Shown here: in pieces, positions 1-19,100 of the stretch | How positions within the stretch are numbered: the first letter of the stretch is position 1 | How the letters are laid out: each line of letters starts with the position of its first letter | Notes under the pieces: generated by a model | Told to the model about the DNA's origin: nothing | What the model saw: only the letters and a program-made list of their open reading frames with translations | Databases searched by the model: none | Program-made: the position numbers and the translations under genes | Assembly: GCF_022539665.2 (NCBI RefSeq) | Contig: NC_081331.1 | Coordinates: forward strand, 4,526,001-4,590,000 | Direction: 5' to 3' | Source: Daphnia carinata | Lineage: Eukaryota | Length of the DNA stretch: 64,000 bases

Positions 1-1889
1 GTACTGGGCATCAATCAAAGTATCTCACATCACTTCTTGTAATAATAAAGGACACAAACGAAGTCAGTCATCGCTACGAATTAAAAAAATAAATAAATAA
101 ATCAAGAAAAAGTGAGAAAGAAAAAGTTTTGGTTTGAACTGGGAAGAGACGCTCCTCAATCGATGCATGTTATCATTACTGACAGCCAAAAATTAACCGA
201 TCACGAATGATGGATGCATTTTTTTTTTTTCCAAAATGAAATTTCTGTTTTGGCCGTATTTTTTGTTTGTTTGCGAAACAATTTTCGAAACGCCGATGCC
301 CCACGAAAACAGTGAAAAACAACGGGGTATTTCACTTGTTCAATAATTCTTAATAACATTTAAAAAAATAGGTTTCTCTCGATAAGAACGAAAGAGAAAC
401 AAAAAGCACGCAGCAGGATTGAACTTCTTGTCTTTGACAGAAAAAAAAATATACAGATAATTATAAAAAAAAAGTACGCACACACGTATTGATTTCTAAC
501 ACAGCACGGCCCTGGGCCAATAATATTTGACCAGTTTCACAGAATAAAACTGTCACAGAAAAAGAGAGAGACCTGCCTCATTTTCGATTGAACAATGATA
601 ATGATGAAAAAAAAAAATAGTCGACCCGTTCTGTGGGTTCTCTTTTGGTAGAAAAAGAAAATCGCCCACAACGAAAAAAAAAAAATATTTAATTAAATAA
701 ATAACGAAAAAATAAAATTATAGGGTCGTAATGGTAGCGTTACAACAAATAGCAAATGGGTGGAGGCACTTCTGATAACTAAAATAACTCTTATCCAATG
801 AGTAGTTCTACAACTGCCATATGCCATTTGCCGAGAGGCAAGAATAATTGGCGTGAATTGTCTTTTAGCAAGTCAAATTGTTTCCCACTAATTAGAAAAA
901 ATGAAATTCTTTTTGGTCTCTTCTTCACTCGTCTTTACTCAACATTTTCTTTTTCTTTCTTTCTCACAACCTTTTTTTTTTCTTTTTTTTTTTTCTCTCT
1001 TTTGTGCTGCCAATTAAGAAATCCCATCGCGGTAAGAGATGGAAATACGAAAGAGTTAGGAGGAAAAAAAAATGACACAGGTTTCCTACAAGTTTTGTTT
1101 TTTGCTTTTGACGAAAGGGAGCGAAAACGTCTCATATCCGCTTGTGCACCATTTTTCTTATTACATAATCTACTAGTTCTACATATACTCTCAAATTGTT
1201 TGTCACTTTTTCTCGCAATCTGTTCGCAGTCTTTCAGGCACTATCACTGATCACTTGTCCGAAAAATTTAGGTACAGGGTTAGAAGGGGGGAGGGCGGGA
1301 TAACTGTTGCATCTTTTCAAACTTTTTGATATAAGGATCTTTGGCGCCATCGAAAAAATTGATTCAAAAGCGAATCCAAAAGTGCAAAAGCTTCGTTCAA
1401 AGAGCAGGGCTGGAGCAGGACTCGATTAGGTTTCTTTTTTTTGTTTTTTGTTTTTTTGCTTTCCACAGAAATCGGGTTGTTAAAATTGTGTTGTTTTTTT
1501 TTTTTTCTGGGAAATGCTGAAATTGTCTTTACTGCCTCCCCCCCCCCTCCCATTTGCCCATCTAAAGAAAAAATGGAAAAAAAAAATTATTATCGAAAAA
1601 GAATTGTTTCCTGACTTATTTGAGTGCATGTGTGTGTGTGTGTGTGTTTGTGTTTCCTTCCGAGGGAGATGCACAATAAAGAGATAGTCTGCGAGAGAGA
1701 GAGAGAGAGAGAGAGTAGACAAAGAGTTTGCAAACAAAACTATTTCCCCGGTCCGTGGGTACTGGATGTTGAGTTTGGTTGTTGGGCTTGCTGGGCGATG
1801 TTTGTTTTCTCGCTTTGTGTGTGTGTGTGTGTGTTTGTGTTTTATTTTGTTTTCTTTTTTTTTTTTCCTTTTCTTTGGAGTCAATCTTT

Positions 1890-6452
<4,563 letters not shown>

Positions 6453-7882
6453 GTTGTTGTTGTTGCCGCTGTTGCTGTTGATGATGGTGCTGCCGCTGAT
6501 GCCTACCTCAGCTTCGCCGCCTCCGCCCGCGCCTCCGCCGACCCTTCTTCTCCGTCTTTCGGACACTTCCAAAATGTGATGTCACTCGTTCAGAGTGAAT
6601 TTCTTCTTGTTTTAAATTTTGTTTTTTTAATCTTGTTCTTTTTTTTTTTTCCCCGTTTATCCTCGTACACCAACAGAAGATTTCACTACAATCAACGATG
6701 GTCCTCCACTTTTATTTTGTTGTCTATAAAATTTTATAGTGGAGGAATGACGGTGCGCACGTCTCGCGGTTACGTGTCTGGAAGGATGGATGAACAACAA
6801 GACCCGTCGTCACCACATTAAAAAAAAAAAAATAAATAAATAATAAAAAAAAATCCACTGCTGCTACTGGGCTTTATGCGTCTCGTCGGAATTGCTACGT
6901 ATTTTCCCGCTATTGTTTTTCTTTTGCTTCTCTCCTTGGATTCTCTTCTTTTTTTGGGGGTTGCCCAAAAAAGAGCCCGATGGTAAAAAACAAAAAAAAA
7001 AAAAGGTCCCCCCTTTTTTTTTTGCGCTGCTTAGCCGACGACAATCATTGGCACTGTTTGTTTTTTTTTTGTGGAAGAAAAAGAAAAAAAAAAAAAAAAA
7101 AGAAAAAATGCATTAATTAATCAGAATTTAAAAAGAACAAGGGGAAATCAACAAAAGGTAAATACAGGTTATTTAAATATTTAACACTGGAGCGTAGTGG
7201 TGCTGCTACTGTTTGAAACACAGACATTGTGTTAACGCTTTCCGTCCCACTGGCACGTCTCGCCATCCTAACTAGCCGACCACAATTTTGTTCCATAAGG
7301 TGTAAATAGTGTCTTACTCTACGCCCACTTTGCTCTTTTCTACAACTCGCGGACAAGAAAGAGGAATTTTCTCGTCTATGCACGTGAGTTTTTTTTTTTT
7401 TCCTCTTTCCGTGTGAATCGACTGTCTTCTTCCCTCGCGTCGTCATTTTGCGCTCCGTTACGAACCGTTTTCTTTTATTTCTTTCTTTTTTGCTGCTTAA
7501 TTTTCTTGAAACAACAACAACAAAAAAAAAATTATCTTCCGTTTGCTCATGCCCTCCTTTTTATTTTCACGTTGTCTTTTTTTTTTTCTTTTGGAAAATA
7601 AAAAATAATAACACGATCTACCCAGAAAGGAAACGTTCACCCTTTCAACGGCCCCCCTTTTTTTTTTCAAAACTGTTTGAACTTGCAATGTCCCAACATG
7701 ATTGGCCAATGTTGCCGCCAACGTGTTACGCAGTAGCGGTCCTACTTCTTCACGTCGGCCATTGCCTGTGCAAAAAACCACAAACCACCCGGAATAGTTG
7801 CCCCTATATTTATATGTAGTCGTACGTGCACACGGTTACCCAACAACAACACCGCCATTCACGTTCGTAACAAACTCACTAG

Positions 7883-7888
<6 letters not shown>

Positions 7889-7938
<50 letters not shown>
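7889..7938. repeat. (CT)n microsatellite, ~25 units
   Basis: Read directly from the sequence. Confidence 0.95.
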
Positions 7939-7946
<8 letters not shown>

Positions 7947-8041
7947 TTTCTTTTTTCAAAAAGGAATTTCACTGTATGTGTATGCGTGTCGCATTTAGAA
8001 ATGCCGAAAATGAACACACACAGACACACACAAACTGAAGC

Positions 8042-8068
<27 letters not shown>
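8042..8068. repeat. (AT)n microsatellite
   Basis: Read directly from the sequence. Confidence 0.9.
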
Positions 8069-8076
<8 letters not shown>

Positions 8077-8426
8077 GGTAGGTGTACACGCACCGTTGTG
8101 GTTGGAGTCAAGGAGGGCGGTGGGGGTAGGTGGGCAAATTCTTCGCGGTGTATAGCCACACGCGCGCACATGTACACACAGACACACGGAGGCACGGAGG
8201 CACAGACACACATACATACATATACACACACACACACACAGAGGCGCGCGTATACAATTTTAGGGGGGTTCCTTCTCGTTTAGTGTGTGTGGCGGGTGTT
8301 AGACGGCAGCGTCGAAGTGAAAAGATAGTATAGCAAGACTACGATGGTAAAAAAACGGAGAGCGAAATCGCCGAGAGCACGCGACGCACCAGACGGCTCA
8401 AAATAGAGGCGCAACGGCGACTGGGC

Positions 8427-8436
8427 TTAAAAATAG
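8427..8436. promoter_or_regulatory. Candidate MEF2 binding site TTAAAAATAG
   Basis: Matches YTA(A/T)4TAR. It sits in GC-rich flanks ~2 kb upstream of the Mef2 ATG, with a near-match CTCAAAATAG ~30 nt away. Confidence 0.35.
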
Positions 8437-11400
8437 CCGGCGACGCACTGAGGACCCCCGAAACAAGAACACACGGGCTAAAGCCACGGGCCCAAGCCAA
8501 AGCAAAACCAAAAAGCATAGGGCGGAGGAGGTGGAGGGGGAGGAGGGAGGAAAAGGAGGAGGACTTGGGCCGGAGTAGGTGAAAGAAAAAAAAAAAAAAG
8601 AAGCAAAAAAGAGGAAAATATATATATACAAAAAAAAAAAAGGGACAAACTCTTGCCATGCTATACTGAGAGGATATGGGGGAAAACGGGAGGGGACGAG
8701 AGGCCGAAAACATTCGGGACCGACACCGTCACAAACCCCCCCACATCCAACCCCTTTTTTTTTTTTTTGACTTGGGCGACGCTACCGGCGCTCACCTGCC
8801 ATTGGCTCGCCTCGTGCCGCTGACGACATGCAAGGAGGAGGAGCTCTCTTGGCCTCCGCCGCAACAGCGCAACGTAAGTACAGTATCCGTCAACGAGCAG
8901 AGAGGATACCGCGTCTCTCTCTTTTTTTTCTCAGACCCAGTTCCGTACCCAACATCACCACCACCACCTCCTCCTGCTTCAACCCCACCCAGTGAAAAAC
9001 AAACAAAAAAAAAAAGTAAATGTAAAACCCACAAAAGATTCTAATAAATGAGCTGTTCTGCACACAATAAAGACAATGCGCATATATTTTACTGACTGGC
9101 AGTTTTCTCTTGCGTTTCAATTGAAATGACATTTAAGATCAATCGGATACCAACAACGTAATCTGGGGCGGCTGTTCGTGCGAACGAATGCGCGCTTACG
9201 TCTAATTTACATGTCATTACGAAACTCTCGCTAGTCGAATGAATGAGAATTAAAAAAAAAAAAAATGGCCAAGGACGGTCAATGTCTTAGCATCTATTTA
9301 ATTTCAACATCTTATTTTTTTTTTTCTTTTCAAATAAAAAATTTGAATTAAAAACCAATCAAAGACAGGTAAATAAAAAAAATTAGGAAAAGAAACGGGA
9401 GAGCCTTGATCGAAGACCAAACGTGGAAGAGACACTTATTTTCTTCAGTCGTCCAAAATTCAATTACGACACGAGTGCTGCTATACTTAAAAAGAAAAGG
9501 GCAAGAATAAAGTTAGCAACAGATTGCCGTCATCGATTGAAATAAGCAAAAAAGAAAAAAAACTAAATTAAAAATTAAATCACACGTCTATGCAAAACGA
9601 AACCCTATCGGCATTCAAAAGTCACGCTGGGAGATCCCAGTGCGGTTGCTGGTTTGATAACGACGTCATCAATCTCTTTCGCTTTGTAATACTACGCGGT
9701 TGGGGTTTTTTTTTTTTTTTTTAGAAAAAAATAAGAAAAACATAAAAGATGGAATAAAAACAAACTTGAAGCTGTGCACGGTAGCTAAACTGTCTGAACA
9801 AAATTTTCAATGTTGGCCTCGATGGGGGACCTTCATGTCTCTCCCACGTCGATCCGTCTCCTTTACCCCCCCCCCCCCCCCCCTCGGAGGATGTAATGAA
9901 GAATCAGAACTTCTTCCTTGTTCGCGTCTCTTACAAAGCGGAGAGCAGCAAAGAAAAAAAAAATGAAAACACAACAATGCCAATCGTTTGGGTTGTTGAT
10001 CAAAAAAAAAAAAAAAAGAAAAAAGGGAGAACTAACGGTACACTCTGTAAGACAAACAGACGGGGATTGCGCGAACGTGATCCGGCTGCTCTTTTTCGCT
10101 ACGTGTGTAAACTTGTTGCGGCCATCGAACCGTACGATCCTACTTGCTCTCTAGCAAATAATAAAAAAAAAATCTATTTTTTATTTTCTATTTTACCAAT
10201 GCACTTTATGGGGAAAAAAAATATATATACAATCGAAATGTCAATAGATACGCGTACACACAACGGATCATCTAGTTTGCAATGTTGTCCTTCGTCTTGT
10301 CCGCACAATGGCGGAGGGTTCACGTTACACACGAAAATAAAAAAGCCTTTTCTTCTGCTTGTATGTGTGTGTGTGTGTGTGTGGAGTTGTCAGGTTCAAG
10401 ACAGTCGGGGATGGATGTTATCAAGTCGATTGAATCATATACCATAACAACGAGTAAACGTTGGACAGGTGTATCGTGCCTGTTACATCGTTTCTATATC
10501 GGGCACGACTATTGTTTAGACTATTATAATAATACACACACGCACACACACACGAATATAGCACACGTAACCTACATGTGTGTAAGTATATTTCTGGCAA
10601 AGTTCTTCTTTCCCGAAATACTTTGGCGAAAATCAAAAAATAAAACCTCATCGGCACTGAGTGCCCGTCGTCTTTCTTATTTTTGGGTTTTAGGATTTTT
10701 CTTGTTTTTTTTTTTTTTTTTTTTTTCTTCTCCTTTTTCACATCCAAATCCACCTTTTTTTTTTTACCCGTCTTCTTCACTTTTTCAGCCCGCCCTCAAC
10801 AAACTCGTAGCGTTCTGTGTCCGGTGTCATGTCTGTGCTCAAACACTCGTCTAACTGAAATCTAGCAAACCGCCAACCAAACTCGATCGAAAAGCCGAAC
10901 AAACCGCAGCAACATGTTAACGAACTCGAAGTTTTTGTGGCTTGTTATCAAATCATTTTTCCCACTCACCCCCTTGAAAAAAACAAACACGTTGTGCTAA
11001 TATTTTCTAGCTTTTTTTTTTTGTTTGTTTCTTTGAACCATTTTTTTTTTGTTTTCTTGGATCGTGCTCAAACAAGTTATTGGCGAAAAAAACAAAAATC
11101 TATCAAGATTTATCCCCCCCCCCCCCCCAAAAAAAAATGCCAATTTTCCAAATCGGAATGAGACGCATCTCGTGTTACAAGTGTTACGCGTCTCACGCGG
11201 ATTAGTCGAGGAGAAAAAAAAAATTGGGACCAGAAAGAGCCGGTAGAGTTTGAAAGGAGTGACCGTCTTCATGCTCGATGTGACGCTCATCTCAACTTAT
11301 AAAGTAAAAGACAGCGGAGATGACAGCAAAGAAAGGACGGGAAAAAAAAGGAAAAACGATGAAAACGGAAGTCGTGTCGAGAGCGTGTCCGGTCGTCTCC

Positions 11401-13219
11401 GGGAGCTCAACATCCTCCCCTCTCAACCATCTCTGGCAGGAGCAGCAGGTGCAGGAGCAATCAACTTGACGTTAAGCAAAGAAACACAAGAAGAGCGGCA
11501 CACTGTTGCTCCTTTTTGGCTGCAGAAAGTCCAGGGGGGATGTAAGGAAATGGGGGACGGAATACGAACGGAACAGAGAAGCGACGCAGCCGGTAACAAA
11601 AAAAAAAAAAAAAAAATTTAACGGATCCGCTTTTTTAATTTTGAAAAAATGAACTCCTAAGTTTGATTCCGTCATCTGGTCGACATGTACGTCCCACCCT
11701 TAAGCCTTTAAATCGTTTCTTACAGCCCGTTGTGTTCCCCAATCCTTCCCCTACTCTAAAGGGATAACAATATCCGCTTTAATTAAATAACATCACATTG
11801 CATTATGGAAGATTAAAGAGGCTGATGCGTCATGAGGACTTCCGGGTTTCGTAAATGATTGCGACACAACGCAAGCTGATGCTGATGATGTGCGCTCTTG
11901 TGTTGGACGGCTGAAAAATTCCAAAATGAGCTCCCTTTCGCTCCTGCCCTCCCGCACTGGGGTGTCTGTAATGAAACATCGACGTTCACGATGGCGTCGT
12001 CGGTCCCGCGTGAATACACACAGAGAACGAGCGGCCCATTTTCTCGAGTATCTGCCGGCTGGGTTGAGAGAGAACGAACGTTAAAGTCCCGGGCCAGGAG
12101 CTCTGGCCGGTCTCGAAGGCTATTTCTGGAACTCGATGTGTGGTGATGTTCCGGTCGCGTGTTCCAGGAGAGACTCAAAACCTTTTTTTTTTTCTTGTTT
12201 TATTTACTCCTTTTTTTTATTTCCTTTCTCCCTTTCTCTTTCTCGACTGCAAAACGTTCAACACTTCGTCCTGTCTAACCTTATTTTTTTTTTTTTTTGT
12301 GTGTGTGTGTGTGTGTGTTCACCAGGTTTGAAAAACTTGGGTCAGAGAAGAAAACAAAACGGAAGAAAAATCTTCACCATACCCCGCCGCGTGACTGTTG
12401 CTCTGCCTCCTGAGCTCCCGAAACGAGAATTTTAAATGGACTCTTTCATCTTAAGAGATAACCAAGTGCCAAGGAAGCACGGCCCGTTTGGTTCCAACCG
12501 AACGCGAGGAGGAGAGGAACGTACCAAAATTTTTTTTTTTTTTCGAACAAAATCAAATTCAACTAAATAACACGTTCGCAATGCTTCACATTCAAATAGT
12601 TCCATCACGATTACAAGATGTCACGCTATTCAAAATAACGAACGTGGAATGTTCGAATTCAATTTGATCCATTTCAAATTGAATAAAAAATGAATTTAAA
12701 AATTCTGTAGCCATGGCAATGTGCCAAACATGAGTTAGCCCCGATCCATACGCAATAGAACATTAGTCAACAGGGATGGAAATATTTACAAAGAAAAAAA
12801 AAAAAAAAAAATAGGCGCCAGTGGAGGGCATCACAAGCATCGCAGCCAACGGCTGGCGTCATATTTTGCCTCTAACCTACGCGTTTCTCTTCTTCACCTC
12901 CCTTCGAACACATCTTCTAGAAGAACAGACTTTGTTTTGTTTTTTTGTCGAGACGAGGGTTCTACCCGGTGTCAAACAGCCAGCAAGAGGCAATGGGGGA
13001 GGTGGACGTCGTTCCACAAAAACCTCCCCAGCTGAGCAGAGGCCAGTCCCGGGTTCGTTCGCCACCGGACCGATCCTCCTCCTCTCCAAGGTTTGCGGGG
13101 GATTTTTTTTTTTTTAAAGAAAAAAAGAAAAAAAAAAAATCCTTCCTGCCCCCTGACTGCTACGTTGTTACTACTAGTGCGCACGTGGTGTGATGCCAAG
13201 ACGCGGGCGCGCTGCCTGT

Positions 13220-13229
13220 CCAAATATGG
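13220..13229. promoter_or_regulatory. Candidate CArG box (SRF site) CCAAATATGG
   Basis: Perfect CC(A/T)6GG in a GC-rich patch, with E-box CACGTG at 13182-13187, upstream of the Mef2 coding region. Confidence 0.3.
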
Positions 13230-16079
13230 AAGCGATGCCTTGGCGTCGTGGGGCGTCTCTCTTCTGTTCCACTCACACGGCGCCGAGCAACAGGCAAAAT
13301 ATCATTCCGCCCTTCCCTGGCGCTTTTCGCTCTTTCCTAACCTTTTCAAAGTGTGCGTGTGTGTGTGACCCAAACCTAACGAAAAGGCAGGCAAATAAAA
13401 ATGAACAGAAGCAGCAGCTGAGCTTCTCAATTTTCAGGTGAGTGCGGGAGTCGTGGTGATGTTGCTCCGAAACAAAATGGGCAAACAACCCCCTCCATTC
13501 TCCGTTAAAAAGAAGAAGCAAAAGAAAAATGTAATTGAACATTTTCAAGGAGCTATATATGATAAGGGGGGGAAAAAAAGGAAAGAGGGGAAGCACGTCA
13601 AAAGATTGTCATTTTTTTTTTTTTTCTTAGCTTTTTCGCCGACTCGATTACTGAATGACGAAGACCGAACAAGCAACGAAGTCAAGAACAAGACGCAAAA
13701 ATGAAACGAGATTACAATCCATAGTTACCGTTGCACACATCCTCGGGATGTGCAACCGTCTTTGGTAAACATTTCAAAATAATAAACAACTAACAAACAA
13801 GAACAGACGCCGAAGAAAGAAAGAAAGAAAAAAAAGAAAAAAAAGAAGGGGGATCCTTCCAAAAGATCTGCCGTTTCGCTTGTTTGGGAATATTTTCTTT
13901 AACTCAACCGAGACGAAGCCAGTCAAGAAAACGTAACGGGCGTACAGCAACCGAGACCAACCCAATTAAAAGAGACCCCGACGTTTTGTTTCGTCTACTC
14001 AACTTTTGTCATCATAAAGGAGAGGAAAGAAAAATTGATTTACGTCAATCTTTTTGCAGATGCACGTCACGTTTTAATTCGAAAAACGAAATTCTTTTTT
14101 TTTTTTTTTTTTTCAACTAAAACAAGATTAAGATGTGCTTTGTTTAATTCTTTCCAACTTACGAGTAAAAAGGATTCTCTGAAGGCGCAGGTTAAAAATA
14201 GAAACTGCGGCGGAGGGATAGAGACAGAGACGTAGCCAAAACACATTCAATATGCTCTACGTATGACTGTTGACTAATCAACTGCAAGAATCCATTTCTT
14301 AATTATCGAGAAAAAAAAAATCGTGAACGAGAGTGGGTGGGGGACGAATCACAACGATAGACACGACAAAACGAAACATTGATTTCTCCTTCTCTTTTTG
14401 TTAAAACAACAATTGGAGCGTGAGAAGATGAAAGAAAAAAAAAACAAAAAAAAACAACAGCAAAATGGAAGGTGTGTGTGTTTGCCCATCGCGCTGAACG
14501 TGAAATCAGTCCGCATGATTACGTATTCTATTAAATACTGGTAGTGACTTAGTATGGAAAAAAAAAATGATAACACATCATCTATAGCCCAAAGAGCCAG
14601 TCAAACGAGTTAACGCATACACGTTTCTGTTTTAAAATTGAGGCTACCATTAGAAGAATACAGACAAAAAAAAAAGAAAGAAAAAAAGAAGAGCGTGAAA
14701 AATCCCGTTAGGTCAGACGTCGTCTTTCGTCGACCAGTTTCACCACATTCGAAGTGATTCATCCCCTCTACTTGCAAATACGTAAAACCATCCCAGTCAC
14801 AACAACCTCCCCCCTTTAAAAAAAAAAATGGCACAAAAGAAGTAAGAAAAAAGAAAAAGGGGTAAAAATCAAGAAAGATTTTTCAGTTGTAGGGCGCAAG
14901 GGAACAGTTGGCACGCGTCCGTGACGAAAGATGTGCGTCCAAGAGCACGTGGTCTAAAGAAGGGGGAACCTTCAAGAAGAAGCTGCTGCTGCTGCTGCTC
15001 TGTGTATATACGCTGGCAAGCAGATGGACTTTTAAAAGAGCGAGACGCGGCGTCAATTGACGAACAAGCAAAGCGATTTAGTCCTTCTCTTCTTTTCTTT
15101 TTCTTTCCTCCACTACGATTGCGAGTCGGGAGACGAAGAGAAAACAAAACAAAACAAAAGGCGAAAGCAAAGAAAAACGCCAGCATGTTCATCGATAAGT
15201 TTTTTCTTTTCTTTTTTACTTACTAGCAGCGGACTCACTCTCGGCCCTCTTTTTTTGGGGAGGTTCGTGTAAACACAACAACAAACGCATATGCTTCCTG
15301 TCTTTTTTAAAACACTCACACGCAGAAAAAAAAATCCTCCAGCAATTCTTTAAGTTTGATTCGATTTGATTCATCAAGTTCACTGATGATGGGATGGAAA
15401 GATGTGAGTTTCCAAACGGGCAGGTCAGACACCAGTGCCGCGTTCCGGATCTAATCAGATCTGGGACGGAGGGGATGAAAAAAAAAAAAAGCAACAAGGC
15501 CACACACAGGAGAACAATGTGTTGTTTGCTGAACGTAACGAAGAGGTGAGAGTCTTGTGGCAACGCGCAAACGTCAACTTCGCATCAGACAAGAGAGGCC
15601 ATCGATTGGCACCTTTCTTTTTTGTGTTGCTTTTTTCCTCTGTCTAGCGTGCATTCTCCATTTAAAAGAAGAGGGAAAAAAAAAAGAACAACTCCTTATT
15701 CAATGTTTGATCGAAACCTACGTCAATCCCTTCTCATCAAGTTTGCAAGGACACCGGTGCGCATTATGTTGCACCGTTACGGCGTCCTACCCCGCGTGCG
15801 TAGACCCGAATACAAGAGAGACGGTGTGTGTTATCGACTCGATTGATCGGAATGGAAGCGCGTGTCTTCTCTGTATATGCGCAACTGTCTCGTTCATTAT
15901 ACAAGCAAAAAAAAAAGGAAAGGAGAGGAGAGGAAAAAGACACAGACATTACCGGTGACGTGCTTTAACGTGCACGACGCGGATTTGAAGCAGTGGAGGC
16001 ACTCGTGAGTCTCGATATCCGGACCAACAAATTTCATTCTGTTTCTCTAGTCGATAACACATTTAACGCACGTAAATGG

Positions 16080-16110
<31 letters not shown>

Positions 16111-19100
16111 AAGAAAAAAGAAGACGCGACTTTGATCAATTTGCCCAACTCCTGTAATTTTTCATCATACGCGCTCTCGTGCCTTTTGTTTTCTTTAGAT
16201 CCTTCCCTTTATGCAACGCATGGGGAAAGCTCTTACATAATGGCCTGAAGGAACTGATTATTTTTTTTCTCTGTAACACTTGTATTAGCCTGAATGGATT
16301 GAAACTTTTCGTTCTTGAAACATTAACGCGTTTCGTGTTTGAACTCCGGAACGAGCGCAAAACACAAATGACAAACTTGTGTCGGGGATTGTGTGTGGGC
16401 GTGAGACTAGCACGTACACAACTTTCAAATACATATATGAAAAAAGGACGAGAACGATAAGGATATTAAAAAAGAAATAAATAATAAATACAAAATTTAA
16501 GGTCTCTATAGAGTAAAAGCGGTCTAGCAGCCAGACCAAGAGTAATTGGGATCTTTCCATGACGACGCTAAATCAGTCAACTGCCCTTTTTTTTTTTTTT
16601 TTTTTTTCCTTTTCCTTCTTGGACCTCCTCCTCCTGTTCCATTTTAACGACAGTCTATATAACACGGACGTTAAGACTCCCCATTTTTCCCACTCATTTT
16701 CAGCCCACGGGTCCCATTTTTTTTTTTTCCCTCTGCATGTTTTTTTTTTTGTTTTGTTTTTTTAATGAAACTCGAGCAGAGGAAACTTGTGTTGACGAAA
16801 TGCTTTCGCCAAGACGACGCAAGGAAAGTGTACGAACGATGGCCGTGTACCCGTCTAATATTTAATATAAGCTGACTTCTTTAAGTACGGACTCTCATCT
16901 TCTTACCACGCCATCGCCTTTTTTTTCGTTTTTTTTTTTTTTTTTTTAAGGTGGCATCATCAAAAACAAGGTCGCTATTCGTGCGCTGTCATTTTTGCCT
17001 CTCCGTGTCACCTTGGACGCTGATCGAACGCTCTCCCTCCCTCCTCCCCACCAAAAGCGACACATATACACACGCATCATGTCGTAACGTCTCCCACTAC
17101 ATAAATGCGTCATAGAGAGTCAAGTGCGGAGTGAAAGCCGCAAATACCAAGGGTTATTTCCATGATGATTTTTTTTTTTTTTTTATTTTTTTTTTTTTAG
17201 AAAAATGAGAAGTTCATTACATGTGGAATGACGTCACGGCGGTTTACCCCGGCCCCGATACCGCGTTTAGATAACGGTATCGTCAAATGCAATTAAAATG
17301 GTTTGAAAAAAAATCAAATACAATTTGCTTTTTAAGGAACTCAATGAGCCGAAAAGAAAAAAAAGGGAAATGAGAAAACTGAACCGATGAAAGTGAGATT
17401 GTGCACGTTGTGGGAAGGAGGGAAATCCTTTCCACAACGTCGCGCTAGCAGACGCCATTTCCTCCTGAGAAAACACAAACACGACACGGGACCCCTTCAG
17501 TTGTTGCTTCTCCCCTTCCCACCCGAAGAAGACAACTCTCTTTTTCCTTTTCCCCTCTCCTCGCAAACGGAGTATTATATAGTCTAGTAAGTCATTTAGT
17601 TAGTTAGGAGTATATACTGAGAAAAAAAAAAAATAAAATTAATGTTCCAAACGCGCAGGATTTTTTTCTTTTTCTTTTCCCTCCTCCGTCCGTGGAACCG
17701 GATGTGAGACTCGAAGTCTCGCTTCGTGTAGACCATATGGACCAACAGTTTCCTCTTCTTCCACCCCTCGTTTTTTTTTTTTTACCCCTCCCCCCCCCCC
17801 CCTTTCGATATCCTTCCCTAACCAAGTGAAAAAGAAACTCTCAATCTGCAGAGGAGAGAACTGGAACATCTTCGTTCAGCCTACCTTCTCTCTGCCCCTT
17901 GCGACTGGTATGTGTGTACGTCTAAACTGCGCGGAACGAGAGAGAGAAAAAAAAAAAAAAAAAAAAAAAAAAAGGGAACCGAAAGAGAACCGAAGCTTCA
18001 TTTTCGATTGCATTGATGGGTATTATCTGAACGATAGGAACAAACGGCTGTCTGGCTTTACTGGCGGTGTGTGTGGCGTGTGCGCCGAGCGCTTAATGGC
18101 CGAATGGAGAGTGGAATGTCTATTGAGAGCACTTGGCTCGTTACGGTGATAACCTAACAGATCCACCCCATCCACCGCAAGCATCTTTTTTAACCTCACG
18201 GTCAAAGTAACAAACACAAGACACGATAGTTTAAACGCGCCGGTCGAGCAGAAAGAAGGAGCTTCTTGTTCTCGGCCGTGTTTGCTACAAGTGAAAACAC
18301 AAAAACTTAAGCCTTTTTTTTTCTTTTTTTGAGGAGCAGGGACGGATAACGACGGATGTTGTTGTTTTTGCTACTATTACACACATACATACACGAAAAA
18401 AAAACCGGGATAAAGAGGAGAACAAGAAGGGGGGAGAGAACAACACATGTCTTCCATCATGCGGCACTCGTAGTGTTCGGAAAACTAGCCCGAACATACG
18501 TTTGCGAACGTACACTTGACAACGTTACCGAACCAAAGTGAAGTGTATAACGATTTCCCAAAGTTCATCAATTGATAGATCGAGCACAGAGAAAGAGGGA
18601 GGTCGGGAGTGGGATGACGTCAACCCTACCCCCCCCAAAAAAACGAGAGGGCGACCGATCAATTCTTGGTCGCTGTTTCCAGGGATAGGGAGAGATAGAT
18701 TCTATATATAAATACATAAAGGCAATATAAATCTCGTTATGATCTCTGTCATTTTCACTTCAATGACATAAAGGGGGACGAGATAGCACGAGGGAATCAA
18801 TACTTGTGATTTCTTTCCTCTTTTTTTTGACTGAATTTTTCGTGCCTTTGACACGTTCCTTTATTCCCGTTTGCGTTCAAGCACATTATTTCCTTTCTTT
18901 TGCCTGACATCATTTAACTCATTTCATCAAAAAGAAAAAAGAATAGTGGAACCTCAAAAGGGGAGAAGGAACGTCTCATTCGCTTTGGTGCGCTATTTGA
19001 ACCGGTTCGCCAGGTGAATGACAAGCGACAACGTTATCTTTCCAGTTGCATTTCAAATTTAGGAACAAAACAATGGCGGGACGTATGCGTAAAGCGATTT

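Noticed and set aside
6453..6572. In-frame N-terminal extension of Mef2 (ORF track start 6572)
   Set aside because: It starts at TTG with an in-frame TGA just upstream; MEF2 proteins begin at MGRKK.
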